The notes beneath the pieces were generated by a model that was not told the DNA's origin, ran no database searches, and saw only the letters and a list, made by a program, of their open reading frames with translations. Source: a virus. From it: a DNA stretch of 64,000 nucleotides. The position numbers and the translations under genes are program-made. Positions 27,374-38,020 of the stretch are shown here, in pieces. Where the stretch lies: IMG/VR virus record IMGVR_UViG_3300042691_030495, one strand, 5' to 3'. Each line of letters opens with the position of its first letter. The first letter of the stretch is position 1.

Positions 27374-27712
27374 ATGGCAAAATTTAAAGATTTTGGTGCT
27401 GGAAAATCTCCAGAAAATACTGAAGCTATCTCGTTTAAACTTTACGAAGAAGAGTTCTTCTGCGTTCCAAGTCTACAGGGTCGAGTTATGTTATCCCTAG
27501 TTAAAGACTCTGCGAGCGAAAACCCAGCGGTTGCCGCTGAAACAATTGATAACTTTTTCAATCAAGCATTGACTGACGAGAGCCTAGAGCGTTTTAATGC
27601 TCTTACTCTTGACAAAGACAGAATTGTAACAACCGAAACTCTAGGAGAGATTGTCGGTTGGCTACTAGAGGAGTACTCTGGACGCCCGGAAGCGCAGCCA
27701 GAGGTCTCCTAA
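27374..27712 (+). CDS. tail assembly chaperone
   Basis: Two genes before tape measure; ends WLLEEYSGRP as in actinophage TACs. Confidence 0.75.
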   Translation: MAKFKDFGAGKSPENTEAISFKLYEEEFFCVPSLQGRVMLSLVKDSASENPAVAAETIDNFFNQALTDESLERFNALTLDKDRIVTTETLGEIVGWLLEEYSGRPEAQPEVS

Positions 27713-28095
27713 GTTGGGCGATTGATCTCTGGCCTTATGTAAATGGTAAAGCTCTCTTTAATGGCCTCAGGCTACAAGACATGGATGCAGCTGAAATGCT
27801 GGACATCATTCATTTCATGTTTGAGGACGACATGAGATATTCCACAGCAGAAGAGGTTCAAGCCCAGAGCAAGTTTAGGACAAACTTTTACCGGCTTTAC
27901 GGCAAAGAGTATAAGTATGGCTCTGACAGTAGTGCAGGCACCACTTATGGAGGCAGAACATATGTTCCTGCTGGAGGAGTGGATGAGTTTGACCCAAGCC
28001 CCGTTGATGCACGTAAGCCATACGTTGCACCAACAAAGTTCAACCCAGAATCGGCTAATCCGTTTGGATCAGTCTTAGACGCACCACTCGGATAA
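27685..28095 (+). CDS. tail assembly chaperone second (-1) frame; start uncertain
   Basis: Overlapping -1 frame ORF directly before tape measure. Confidence 0.6.
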   Translation, partial: PGSAARGLLSWAIDLWPYVNGKALFNGLRLQDMDAAEMLDIIHFMFEDDMRYSTAEEVQAQSKFRTNFYRLYGKEYKYGSDSSAGTTYGGRTYVPAGGVDEFDPSPVDARKPYVAPTKFNPESANPFGSVLDAPLG

Positions 28096-28112
28096 GTTAA
28101 AGAGGTGACACC

Positions 28113-30956
28113 GTGGCAGTAGTAGGCGAAGCGCACATACTCGTACGCGCTATTACTACCGGTGTTAACCGAGACATCCAGCGCGCGTTCCGAGGTCTTT
28201 CCGGTGAGGGTGGCTCTGCTCGAAGAAGCGGTGAAAGCCTAGGAGCTGCTTTTTCTAGAGGATTCAACTCTAATGTAAATGGAAACATATTTTCTAGAAT
28301 AACTGAAGGCCTGAATAACATGGCACCGGCTGCAGAAGGTGCTAGACGAAGGTTTCAGTCGTTAGTACGAACTGGATACACACTGGGAACGGCTATTTCT
28401 AGCGTTGTAGGTGGAATTGCTGCCGTAGTTAGCGGATTGTTCTCCCTAGTCGGAGCTGGTGCTGCAGCTTCGGTATCTATTGTGGGACTAGTGGGTGCTT
28501 TTGTCAGCCTCCGAATAGGTATGTTTGCGGCATCCTTTGCCTTAAAAGGAATCAGTGCTGCTGTAGGTAGGGCAACCAGCGCTCAGTCTGGTATGGGACA
28601 AACTTTAGCTGAAGTAAATAAGCAGTTTAAAGAGCTTAGACGTAGCGCTGAGTCCGCTGCTATGAGCGAAAAGCGTGCCGGCCTCGAGCTTGAAAAAGCA
28701 CGCAATAACCTTCTTAGAATGCAAGACCTGCCGCCAAACAATATGGCACGTCGAGAGGCAGAGCTTGCTCTTGAGGAAGCCGAGCTAAACTACCGTCAGG
28801 CTAAAGAGCGTAGCAAAGACCTTAACGACGAACTCTCTAAGGGCAAAGAAGGCCTGATGGCCACTGCCGGCGTTGATCCGTACGCTGGCCTAACAAAGAG
28901 TCAAAAAGAGTTTGCTCAACTACTAGTAAGACTTAAGCCCAAGCTAGATGAGCTCAGAGAAGCAGTAGCTAAAGGATTCTTACCGCTACTCGGTGAGCAG
29001 CTAGAAAGATTGGCAAATGGCCCGTTCTTTGACACTATAAAGAAGGGCCTTGCTGGTGTCGCGGACTCTTTAGGTATTGCTGCAAGAAACTTTACTGACT
29101 TTTTAGTTAAGCAAATTAACTTAGACAAGTTAGACACCGTTTTTGCCAACTCTAAGCCAACTATTGAAGCCTTCGGGACTATTCTAGGTAAAGTTTTTGA
29201 CGGCTTCCTCTCCGTTCTAGTGTTCGCTGATCCACTAGTTAAGCAGTTTGTAGCTTTCTTAGATAGAAACTTAACTAAGTTTAGCGACTTTATGAATGCG
29301 CCAGAAAATAAGGCAGAAATTGAAGGATTTTTTGCAACTGTAAGCCAACTAGCTACCGACTTTGCAGATATATTTGGAAATATTTTTGGTGGCTTTGGGA
29401 AGATAATTAAAGCTAATATTGGCCCTGGATCTGGCGGTCAAATTCTAATCGACTACCTGAAAGAGGCAACGGCAAGCTTCAAAAACTTAGAGGAAATAGA
29501 TGGCAAGCCGCTAAGAGAGTTTTTTGCTGGAGCCGCTGAAAATGCTAAGGCTGTAATAGATTCTGTCGGAACGCTTCTAGGTGAGATATTCAAACTTGCT
29601 GATGATCCAGCAATTAAAGAGACGTTTGATATTCTCAAGGAAGGCGCTGCTCCTTTAGGAGAAATTCTAGGTAAGTACATAGCAGCTGGTCCGTCTTTTG
29701 CAAGGCTTGTTGTAACTCTTACAAACATTTCAAACTCGCTGACTGACACAAAATCGATAGAAACATTTTTTAACGTTTTAAATGGTATAGCTACTGTAAT
29801 TGAAAAAGCTCTAGGCAACGAAACCGTTCAAAAAATTCTAGCTGTTACTGGACAAATTTTTGCGTTCTTCTCGGCTCTAGGTTTGGCACTGTCTACTGCT
29901 CAATTCTTTGGGTCCGTAGTCAATGGAGTATTCCAATCCGTTTTGGGGCCACTTGGGACACTACTTACAAAAACTAAGCAGTATTTTGCATTCTTAACTT
30001 ACTCAAATAACGCCTTTGCAAGTGCGTTTGGTAGAGTCGGATCATTCTTAATGAAGAGCCCTATTTTAATTGCAATAGGACTACTTATAGCTGCTTTTGT
30101 ATACTTATACAACACCAGCGATTCATTTAGACAGTTTATAGACACCACCCTCAAAGGCGTACTGGACTCTCTTGGCGAATCCTTCAATAAAATTATGGAA
30201 GCAATTCAGCCTTTAATTGATGTTGTAGTGAATCAGCTACTTCCTAGCTTAATGGAAGGTCTTCAGCCAATATTGGAGGCTATAATCGCTGGTCTAGGGC
30301 TTTTTGCTACTTTTGTTGGTAAAGTTTTGGTTGCCGCGGTAGAAACTGTCATGCCAATAATTATGGCGTTAGTTGATATTTTAATGCCAATAATTGACAT
30401 CTTTATGCAACTAATCAGGCTTGTTGGAGAGTTTGCAAAAGCTCTTATAACAGGCGACTGGAGTTCGTTCGGTAAAATATTTATGGACGTTCTCAGGAAG
30501 ATTGTCCAAGGACTGGCTGATCTTCTTGTGGGTGCCGGTAATGCACTCGTTGACTTCCTAAACTGGCTTGTTAGATCATTCTTTAACGGCATCGGTGGAG
30601 GACTAGCTGACCTCATTAAAACTTTCAGCGGTGGAACAATAAACCTGAAATCCAACCCACCTCAGATACCAAGATTTGGGAAAATTGTAGTTCCTGCATT
30701 TGCTGATGGAGGAGTTGTTCAGGCAAGCCAGGGCGGAACTTTAGCTATGGTTGCAGAAGCTGGAAGACCAGAAAGAATTGAACCTCTAGATGCAAATGGG
30801 CTATCTCTTCGAGACAAAGCTTTAATAGCTGCTCTAAGTGGTAAGGGAGCCGGAGCCACAATAAATGTCTACCCATCCCCAGGCATGGATGAGAGAGAGC
30901 TGTCAGAGCTGGTCTCTCGTAGGCTTGCTTTTGAGATTCGTAAAGGAGCCTTCTAA
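28113..30956 (+). CDS. tape measure protein
   Basis: 947 aa helical, hydrophobic segments, C-terminal FADGG..AEAGRPE motif. Confidence 0.9.
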   Translation: MAVVGEAHILVRAITTGVNRDIQRAFRGLSGEGGSARRSGESLGAAFSRGFNSNVNGNIFSRITEGLNNMAPAAEGARRRFQSLVRTGYTLGTAISSVVGGIAAVVSGLFSLVGAGAAASVSIVGLVGAFVSLRIGMFAASFALKGISAAVGRATSAQSGMGQTLAEVNKQFKELRRSAESAAMSEKRAGLELEKARNNLLRMQDLPPNNMARREAELALEEAELNYRQAKERSKDLNDELSKGKEGLMATAGVDPYAGLTKSQKEFAQLLVRLKPKLDELREAVAKGFLPLLGEQLERLANGPFFDTIKKGLAGVADSLGIAARNFTDFLVKQINLDKLDTVFANSKPTIEAFGTILGKVFDGFLSVLVFADPLVKQFVAFLDRNLTKFSDFMNAPENKAEIEGFFATVSQLATDFADIFGNIFGGFGKIIKANIGPGSGGQILIDYLKEATASFKNLEEIDGKPLREFFAGAAENAKAVIDSVGTLLGEIFKLADDPAIKETFDILKEGAAPLGEILGKYIAAGPSFARLVVTLTNISNSLTDTKSIETFFNVLNGIATVIEKALGNETVQKILAVTGQIFAFFSALGLALSTAQFFGSVVNGVFQSVLGPLGTLLTKTKQYFAFLTYSNNAFASAFGRVGSFLMKSPILIAIGLLIAAFVYLYNTSDSFRQFIDTTLKGVLDSLGESFNKIMEAIQPLIDVVVNQLLPSLMEGLQPILEAIIAGLGLFATFVGKVLVAAVETVMPIIMALVDILMPIIDIFMQLIRLVGEFAKALITGDWSSFGKIFMDVLRKIVQGLADLLVGAGNALVDFLNWLVRSFFNGIGGGLADLIKTFSGGTINLKSNPPQIPRFGKIVVPAFADGGVVQASQGGTLAMVAEAGRPERIEPLDANGLSLRDKALIAALSGKGAGATINVYPSPGMDERELSELVSRRLAFEIRKGAF

Positions 30957-32176
30957 TGTCAGAGTATGACTCAAGTATCAACTTAAATCCGGTAGCTCAA
31001 TCTGAAGAGAATAAGCTTGTAAATAAAGCTCTAACCAAACTTCCAATTCCTCATTTTTCTGGACTAAAACTAAAAGCAGACATTAAAATTGGAAGTTTAG
31101 TTTTAAACACCATAGATGAAGAAACTGGTGTTGTTTGGGTTTGTACTGACATCCAAGGATGGTGGACTCTCCCGGATCCAGAACTCCCTGATCTGCCACG
31201 CGGTTGGGGTGACGGCTCATACGATGCCAAGGGCCGCTGGGCAAGTAGGATTTTGACACTAAACGGAAGCTTTTTAACCCAAGACCCGGATCAAGTTGAA
31301 GCAGCTAGAGCAAAACTCTTAGATGCTATTTCTCTGGTCTATCGAGGAGACTGGCTAGTAGTCAACGAAACTCCAGTCACAAAAGGCACGTTTGTTCGAC
31401 TTAGCGGTAGGCCTGAAATTGACACGGTGAGCGCTAGAGGTAGAACTAACTTCTCTATCGGTCTAAAAGCAGCTGACCCTATAAAGTATGAGTACATCGA
31501 AGAAAACTCTGATGGCTACAATATTGTCACACTAACCGCAGATTCGAACGGTGATGCCAGTGCAACAATAACAAATGCTGGAAACATAGCTGTTCCAATT
31601 ATTATTGAGCTATCTAAGGGATTCAATGTTTCAACTCCTGGCCCGGATGCGGGAGCAACCCTTATTCCTATTGAGTTTTATCAAAGAACCGAAGGCGCAA
31701 TTACACTACAATTTGCCTCTGCTCCCCCATTTAACGAAGGGGATACCGTTTACTTGGATGACGTACACCCAACTATGGATGGCTATCAGGTAGTTAACGT
31801 GGTTGATGGTGATATATTACAAATAACTAGCCCTGGAGCTAACATACCTATCGCTCCGGCGGGCAGTGGTGCCTCTATCTCTGCTTCGTCTGGCCCAAAT
31901 CAAGCCACTATCACAAACTCCACCAGTGACCAAGCTATAACTATTATTGATGGAACTTCCTCTACTAATCAATTAGAAATAGACACGTACAATAGAGAAG
32001 TTTTAGAAGTGGAGTATTTGGCTGATCAAGTTGTTAACGTTGAAAACGGTAGAGCTAAAGTTTCTATTCTTATTGATTGGATATATCTAGAGCCCGGAAC
32101 TAATAATATAGAATTAACTAATTTCCCAGCCAGCAGCATTTGTAAGATCTACTATAGATCCGGCTGGATAGGTTAG
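30956..32176 (+). CDS. distal tail (Dit-like) minor tail protein
   Basis: After TMP; GWW..P, R..GDG, AADPIKY, NAGN....II, LEPGTN.I, YRSGW. Confidence 0.75.
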   Translation: MSEYDSSINLNPVAQSEENKLVNKALTKLPIPHFSGLKLKADIKIGSLVLNTIDEETGVVWVCTDIQGWWTLPDPELPDLPRGWGDGSYDAKGRWASRILTLNGSFLTQDPDQVEAARAKLLDAISLVYRGDWLVVNETPVTKGTFVRLSGRPEIDTVSARGRTNFSIGLKAADPIKYEYIEENSDGYNIVTLTADSNGDASATITNAGNIAVPIIIELSKGFNVSTPGPDAGATLIPIEFYQRTEGAITLQFASAPPFNEGDTVYLDDVHPTMDGYQVVNVVDGDILQITSPGANIPIAPAGSGASISASSGPNQATITNSTSDQAITIIDGTSSTNQLEIDTYNREVLEVEYLADQVVNVENGRAKVSILIDWIYLEPGTNNIELTNFPASSICKIYYRSGWIG

Positions 32177-32207
32177 ACTTAGACTAACGAAAGACATATA
32201 ATCAACA

Positions 32208-34310
32208 ATGACACCAACTTTTCAAGACAGAGATTTAGTAGCAGACTATCGATATTTCGTAGTCGACCTACTCAGCAATGAGCTGCTTGCAGAAATACCT
32301 TTTAGAGGCGTGTCCTACTCTAGATCCCTCCGCGAGGCAGGCAGTTTTTCAGGCTCTATTGCAGTAACCCAGGAAACTATCAACTTAAGTCTCTATGAGA
32401 ACACCTTGCCTGGTAAGACTGCGCTGTATGTTGTTAGAGATGGCCTCTGCGTATGGGGTGGAATTATCTGGACCAGATCGTACAACATTGTAGAAAAAAC
32501 TTTAGAAATAAGTGGTTCAGAGTTTACTAGCTATCTATATAAAAGAATACTTTGGAAAACTTGGAGCAATGCATACTCGGCTAGCATAGTAGTTTCAGGC
32601 GGAAGAGCCGATGTGACTCTAGACTTTGCCCAATACGACTTCAAGCCAGGAGAACCTGTATGGATTGACTGGGGGCCGGACAGAGTTCCTTATACGGGAT
32701 ACTACACTCCACTAGCTTCTCCGGCACCAGGGCTTACAGGAGATGATCGATCAACTTTTAGTGTGTCAGCAACATACGTTAACGCTAAGGGCCAAACAAA
32801 AACTATACCCAACATAACTGTGGGTGAAGACGAAGAAGATACAAGCGATAGGGCAACTGTAGAAGTTAGACAAGATACGTATAACTATGTTCGTGATCTT
32901 CTAACCGAACTTACTTCTGATTTATTTGACTTTGATTTTCCTAATGATGAGATACGTCCTGGAATAGATGTTTTCAATGAAATAGAAACTTACTCCAGAT
33001 CTGGAAATGTTGCATCTATTAGTACTAAAGAGCCTCACAAGCTTGTGCCTGGGCAAAAACTCTCTATCACTGATGTCGGCTCAGGATTTGATGACGCTGA
33101 GGCTGTGGTTATCTCTGCCCCGACTAACTATACGTTTACATACGCTAATACCGGAAGCACTGTAGCCCTCACAACTGCTGCAGAAAGATCTGTAGATATC
33201 TCCAATTTCCAAAGAACAAATGGAATCACTACTATAACAACGGAGTCTGCTCACGGGTTTGAAGTTGGGGACATCGTCTACATTGACGAGCTTAACTCTT
33301 CTATAGACGGCTACCACACCATATACACGATAAACACTCCAACTACCAGCAACTTTCAAATCGTTAATCCTGGAAATAAAATAGCTTTTAGCTCTGCTGG
33401 AAATCCGTTAGCAAACGCTACTGTTGCTCCGGCTATAACCTATGCCACATGGGGGGAGTACACAGATAACGGAGACATTGGCTTAACTTACTCTACAGAC
33501 TTGCCTAGTCAAACCCTTAGTCAAAATGAGTTAATTAGAGGATTTAAACTAGAGTCTATCGGGGAAATTTTAGAAAAGTATTCTAATGTTCCAGATGGTT
33601 TTGAGTACCGAATTGACTGTAGCTACAATGCAACTACTAATAAGTTTAATCGCACTTTTGTGTTTCTTCCTATTTTTCCAACAAGCCTGAAATACTACAT
33701 AGATAGTTTGCCGGGCGGAGTATTGCCTCCCGGAGAGTTTGCCCCGGTTAGCGCATATGGCGCTGATCAAGTTGTTTTTGAGTACCCAGGCAACATACTC
33801 GATGCGAGTCTGGAGGAGAATGCTCAGGACGCAGCCACTCGTTTTTGGGTTCAGGGAGATGACTCAACTCTCAGCTCTGAAGCTAGCCAACCGTATGCTG
33901 GAGCTGCCGATGTGGAACTACTTCTTCGAGGCTGGCCTATTCTTGAAGAGGTAGAAAAAGTAGACAATGTTGCTGAAGAGAACACGCTTCACACCTACGC
34001 AGAACGTTTTCTAGCTGAGGCCAGACCCCCAATTAGCAACTTTTCTATTTCTGTAAATGGTTCACTAAATCCACAGTTGGGGTCATACAACCCGGGTGAT
34101 TGGTGCTCTATTATAATTAATGATGACTTTGTTAGATTGAGGCTATCAAGCTACATAGAGTTAAATGACGGAACTGGACGAGAAGTGCTACTGCGTAAAA
34201 TTGACGCATATGACGTTAGTGTGCCGGACAATCCGTCATTTCCAGAGCAGGTAACACTACAACTAGTGACTGAAGCGGAGGTGGACAAGTTTGGCAATCA
34301 GACGTCGTAG
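32208..34310 (+). CDS. minor tail / baseplate hub protein (ReqiPepy6 gp37-like)
   Basis: YSRSL..AGSFSG, VVRDG..VWGGIIW, FEYPGNI, GWP.LE; inserted HG..G beta modules. Confidence 0.75.
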   Translation: MTPTFQDRDLVADYRYFVVDLLSNELLAEIPFRGVSYSRSLREAGSFSGSIAVTQETINLSLYENTLPGKTALYVVRDGLCVWGGIIWTRSYNIVEKTLEISGSEFTSYLYKRILWKTWSNAYSASIVVSGGRADVTLDFAQYDFKPGEPVWIDWGPDRVPYTGYYTPLASPAPGLTGDDRSTFSVSATYVNAKGQTKTIPNITVGEDEEDTSDRATVEVRQDTYNYVRDLLTELTSDLFDFDFPNDEIRPGIDVFNEIETYSRSGNVASISTKEPHKLVPGQKLSITDVGSGFDDAEAVVISAPTNYTFTYANTGSTVALTTAAERSVDISNFQRTNGITTITTESAHGFEVGDIVYIDELNSSIDGYHTIYTINTPTTSNFQIVNPGNKIAFSSAGNPLANATVAPAITYATWGEYTDNGDIGLTYSTDLPSQTLSQNELIRGFKLESIGEILEKYSNVPDGFEYRIDCSYNATTNKFNRTFVFLPIFPTSLKYYIDSLPGGVLPPGEFAPVSAYGADQVVFEYPGNILDASLEENAQDAATRFWVQGDDSTLSSEASQPYAGAADVELLLRGWPILEEVEKVDNVAEENTLHTYAERFLAEARPPISNFSISVNGSLNPQLGSYNPGDWCSIIINDDFVRLRLSSYIELNDGTGREVLLRKIDAYDVSVPDNPSFPEQVTLQLVTEAEVDKFGNQTS

Positions 34311-37176
34311 AAAGACACTTACTAATCTTTTAAGCACTATGGAGCGCAGGGTTACTGCGGTCGAACTTCGTCCTATAAACCTACTCCCCGCTAGTCAGAT
34401 TCCTGGCGAAAATGATGACTTAGATCCAGGACCTGACACTGTTGTTGGGTTAGATGCTCCTAACCAATACAAAAAAGTTGTAGGAGGCTACTACTACAGT
34501 TCTCAAATTACTGGAGTCTCTAAGCCAAGAATTGAGCTCTACTTTGAGGCGGATCCAGGACTTCAGGACGACCTCACGGTTAGAGTGAGCGGTGTCCACA
34601 ACATAGTACATAGCGGAAACAATGTAGCTATTACCGCATCCGGAGATTTTAGGACAATAAACTCTGACAGACCCCCCTATGAAAATCGCGCTTCATACAG
34701 TGGACAAAGAGACACTCCCGATGCAGAAACTATAGCTGCTACAGTCCTATATAACCCAGACTCCGGGACCCAGTATGGCGTGAAAAAAGAAGTAGTCTAT
34801 AGGGCCAGAATATCTACACTAGAAGCCACCACTACTACAGCAAAAATAGTTTTTACGTCAACTAATCCTTTCAAGGTTGGCGATGTTATATACGTAGACG
34901 TACGACCAGACGATGGACCGTTTTTTGGTCTCGATGGGCTACACAAAGTAGCAAGCGTTGGATCTAACTTTATAACTTACAGCTTTTCTTCATCACTAGA
35001 AGAACCTGTAAACGTAGCTTCTGTGACAGATGAGTTGTACGTTCACGCCGTAGCTCAGGCGGCAATTAGAGACGGTGCTACTTGGATCTCTCCAGACAAC
35101 GTTGTGTATGTGTGGAAAGACATCAGATGGGTTTTGTTTAGCAGCTCTTCTCCTATCACCGAAGACGGGGTTGCCCCAAACCCGGTGACTAATTTAGCAG
35201 CTACTGACGAGAACGATACTCCAGACGGCAGCTCTAATGGGCTAAGCAGAGTGACTCTGACTTGGGACGCTCCTACTGAAAATTCTGATGGATCAAACTT
35301 AGATGACTTAATAGGGTATACGATTTGGTCTAAACAGTACCCGAACCAAGAGTGGGACAAAACTGATTTTACTGGGTCTGAGACCACCTGGAGTAAAGGT
35401 GGATTCCAACAGGGTAAAAAAGCCTACTTTAAGGTCTTTGCTCGTGACAGTGGCGGGCTCCTATCCTCCGGAGTAGACCTAGAGCACACTACTAGCATTT
35501 CGGTTCCAACTGTATCAAAACCTGCAGCTCCAGTAGCTACAACCTATCTTGGAACAATAAAAATTGCCTACGATGACTTAACTGCTACTGGCCTTGTGCA
35601 GGCAGGTACAGCAAAAGAAATTCAAGTATATTTCTCTGATATAGATGGGTTTACCCCGGACGAAAATACTTATTATGGAAAGTTTCCTGCAAATGCTGGA
35701 AGCTACATAATTATTCCTGGCACCGAGCTGGTTGACAATACTGATTACTACATCAAAATCATTGTTCGAGATATTTATGGAAATATAACCCCCCCTTCCG
35801 ATCAAGTGGCGATCAGGGCTCAGCTAAAAAATATCGTAACTTTTGACATGATTGATGTTGGTACACTGACTGCTCAAGCCATTATTGGTCTACAGATAAG
35901 TACTAGTGCAAATGCTTCTACAAATGGAGGAATTGTTCTAACTAAGGACTTTCTTGCGGCCTACGACCCATCTGGTGCTCAAACTTTTAGAATCGATGCT
36001 GCTGATGGGTCGGTGTCCATTGGTGCCTATCTAGGTAGAAGCGAAGCAGCGGGATTTTTAACGATAGCTAGCGCTGACTTAAAATATGCAACAATCCTTA
36101 CTGCCAACGGAATTTCAATTACTGCTAACACTGCTAAAGACACGGCTGACGACGCAGTGGAGGCTGCTGGCACAGCAAACGAAAAGCTCAACGACATTAC
36201 CGAAATCAGCGCCGGTGTAGTTAGAATACGAAAAGCCAAGGCAATACAAGCGTTAAATAGCACCAGCGCCACTCTTTCTAATAACACTACAGAGATTGAT
36301 GGCGGTATAATTCGGACCGGCACTATTCTTGCAGGCCAAATTGGAGCCGGTAACCTTCCAGTAGGGGTGATTTATGCTGGAACAATTAATGCAGATAAAG
36401 TAACTGCAGGTACTTTGACTGGAAGTACAGTCAGAACTGCCAGTTCTGGCACGAGAGTCGTTATGTCCTCTACAAATAACAGATTTGATGTGTATGAGGG
36501 GACCACCCTGGTTGGGTCTATTGATGGTATTCAAAATACTGGTACCACTGGTATTCAGATGTTTGCCAGCATTGGCAGCGCTAGGATTCTTTGTAGCGAA
36601 GATGGTACCTTTATTAGTGCCAGCTCTTCCAGAAGACTAAGTCTGTCAAATACTGGTGCTTTTGCTTTTGTATCTAATACCAGCTTTGAAGTAGACTCTC
36701 TGGCTCATTCTTCTGGTAAAGCTTATGTTTTTGCAAACTCTAGTGGATTTTTGACTTCAACCACAAGTACAACTGGAGTCTCTGATGCTAGGGTAAAGAC
36801 CGACGTATCTGATTCTGATTTAGGATTAAAATTTATCTCTGATCTTAAACCTGTAAAATTTAAGTGGATCGATGGAGAGAATAGTCAAGAAGTCCACAGA
36901 ACAAAATATCAGTATGGTCTGTTGGCTCAGAGCGTAAAAGAGTCTCTTGAGTCACGCGGCTTATATCAAGATACTGCTATAGTGCAGCCTGAACCTGACG
37001 TACAGTCTTTTAAAAAGGCTTATCCAGACATTGCAGGAGAGCTAGACGAGAATCCACTCTTAGGTTTAGATTATATTCAACTAACACCGGTACTTATAAA
37101 GGCAGTACAAGAGATGTCTAGTAAAATAGATGCCCTAGAACTAGAACTAAAACTACTAAAAGATGGAGATAAATAA
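34291..37176 (+). CDS. tail spike/fibre with FN3 domains and C-terminal S74-type intramolecular chaperone
   Basis: VTLTWDAP FN3; SDARVK..L.PV.F.W..YGLLAQ..DY..L.P.LIKAVQE. Confidence 0.8.
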   Translation: MAIRRRRKTLTNLLSTMERRVTAVELRPINLLPASQIPGENDDLDPGPDTVVGLDAPNQYKKVVGGYYYSSQITGVSKPRIELYFEADPGLQDDLTVRVSGVHNIVHSGNNVAITASGDFRTINSDRPPYENRASYSGQRDTPDAETIAATVLYNPDSGTQYGVKKEVVYRARISTLEATTTTAKIVFTSTNPFKVGDVIYVDVRPDDGPFFGLDGLHKVASVGSNFITYSFSSSLEEPVNVASVTDELYVHAVAQAAIRDGATWISPDNVVYVWKDIRWVLFSSSSPITEDGVAPNPVTNLAATDENDTPDGSSNGLSRVTLTWDAPTENSDGSNLDDLIGYTIWSKQYPNQEWDKTDFTGSETTWSKGGFQQGKKAYFKVFARDSGGLLSSGVDLEHTTSISVPTVSKPAAPVATTYLGTIKIAYDDLTATGLVQAGTAKEIQVYFSDIDGFTPDENTYYGKFPANAGSYIIIPGTELVDNTDYYIKIIVRDIYGNITPPSDQVAIRAQLKNIVTFDMIDVGTLTAQAIIGLQISTSANASTNGGIVLTKDFLAAYDPSGAQTFRIDAADGSVSIGAYLGRSEAAGFLTIASADLKYATILTANGISITANTAKDTADDAVEAAGTANEKLNDITEISAGVVRIRKAKAIQALNSTSATLSNNTTEIDGGIIRTGTILAGQIGAGNLPVGVIYAGTINADKVTAGTLTGSTVRTASSGTRVVMSSTNNRFDVYEGTTLVGSIDGIQNTGTTGIQMFASIGSARILCSEDGTFISASSSRRLSLSNTGAFAFVSNTSFEVDSLAHSSGKAYVFANSSGFLTSTTSTTGVSDARVKTDVSDSDLGLKFISDLKPVKFKWIDGENSQEVHRTKYQYGLLAQSVKESLESRGLYQDTAIVQPEPDVQSFKKAYPDIAGELDENPLLGLDYIQLTPVLIKAVQEMSSKIDALELELKLLKDGDK

Positions 37177-37178
37177 AT

Positions 37179-37508
37179 ATGGAACCCAACGTCGTATACA
37201 CGATAGAAATGACGACTAATACTATACGTAGCTTTCCTAGAATTTTTAGGGTTGTATCCATTAACGGCACCGAGATACACAGGCAACTTGTAAGCTTTGA
37301 AGAAGTTCAAGCAATAAACCCGGGGCTTGGTGTTGAATATGCAGAACTATATAAAACATATTTAGAAGATTTTGTTGCTTCTGTAGACACGTCTTTAGGC
37401 TTTTTAGGCCTCACGGAGGCAGATCTTTCTGATTTTGCTTCTGGTATTAACTATGCCGCTTCAGTTTCTGCTGTACCCGCGTTCCAACCACCGGCAGTAA
37501 CCGAATAG
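37179..37508 (+). CDS. hypothetical protein
   Basis: GGAG SD, follows tail fibre. Confidence 0.65.
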   Translation: MEPNVVYTIEMTTNTIRSFPRIFRVVSINGTEIHRQLVSFEEVQAINPGLGVEYAELYKTYLEDFVASVDTSLGFLGLTEADLSDFASGINYAASVSAVPAFQPPAVTE

Positions 37509-37518
37509 TAAATATCAA

Positions 37519-37989
37519 ATGTTTGAGGTAAAAGATAGAAATAGAACTTTACAATTTAATGGAGTTCTTTTAGCTAAGTCTACCTCGGAAAGCAGAAATT
37601 CTCTTCGTTGGATCGAGTTTGAGCTTTACAGAACTGAAAGCGGATCCTACATTCTTTCAAGAATAGGGGTTTCCTTAGTTTTTCACGGTGCTGCCTGCCC
37701 GCTGGTAGACAGATACAGTCTGCAAGAGGCGTCAGCATCCAGTCTTTCCCCAAAAGCAGTGCCCTGCCCAGACTGTGATCCGGACGATAGTATTGAGCTG
37801 ATATTCCCAGAAAAATACCGCTACTGGGCTCAGGTCTCGGAAAAGCCTGAAGCTGTACTTGATGCTTTATATAAATATGACAATAACGATGCTAAATACC
37901 TAACCTCCGTGGCGCAGCGCTTATTGGAAGAGGCCTCTAAACTTGACTCTGACATTGCAAACGTATACAATTACGAGATAATCCCTTAG
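37519..37989 (+). CDS. conserved actinophage hypothetical protein
   Basis: RWIEFELYRTESGSY, H..C..CPDC. Confidence 0.7.
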   Translation: MFEVKDRNRTLQFNGVLLAKSTSESRNSLRWIEFELYRTESGSYILSRIGVSLVFHGAACPLVDRYSLQEASASSLSPKAVPCPDCDPDDSIELIFPEKYRYWAQVSEKPEAVLDALYKYDNNDAKYLTSVAQRLLEEASKLDSDIANVYNYEIIP

Positions 37990-38020
37990 GGGCAAACTAA
38001 CACCGAACGAAACGACAAAA

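Noticed and set aside
8671-36534. Many Ser/Leu-rich minus-strand ORFs opposite structural genes
   Set aside because: Antisense shadows of biased coding sequence with no recognisable motifs
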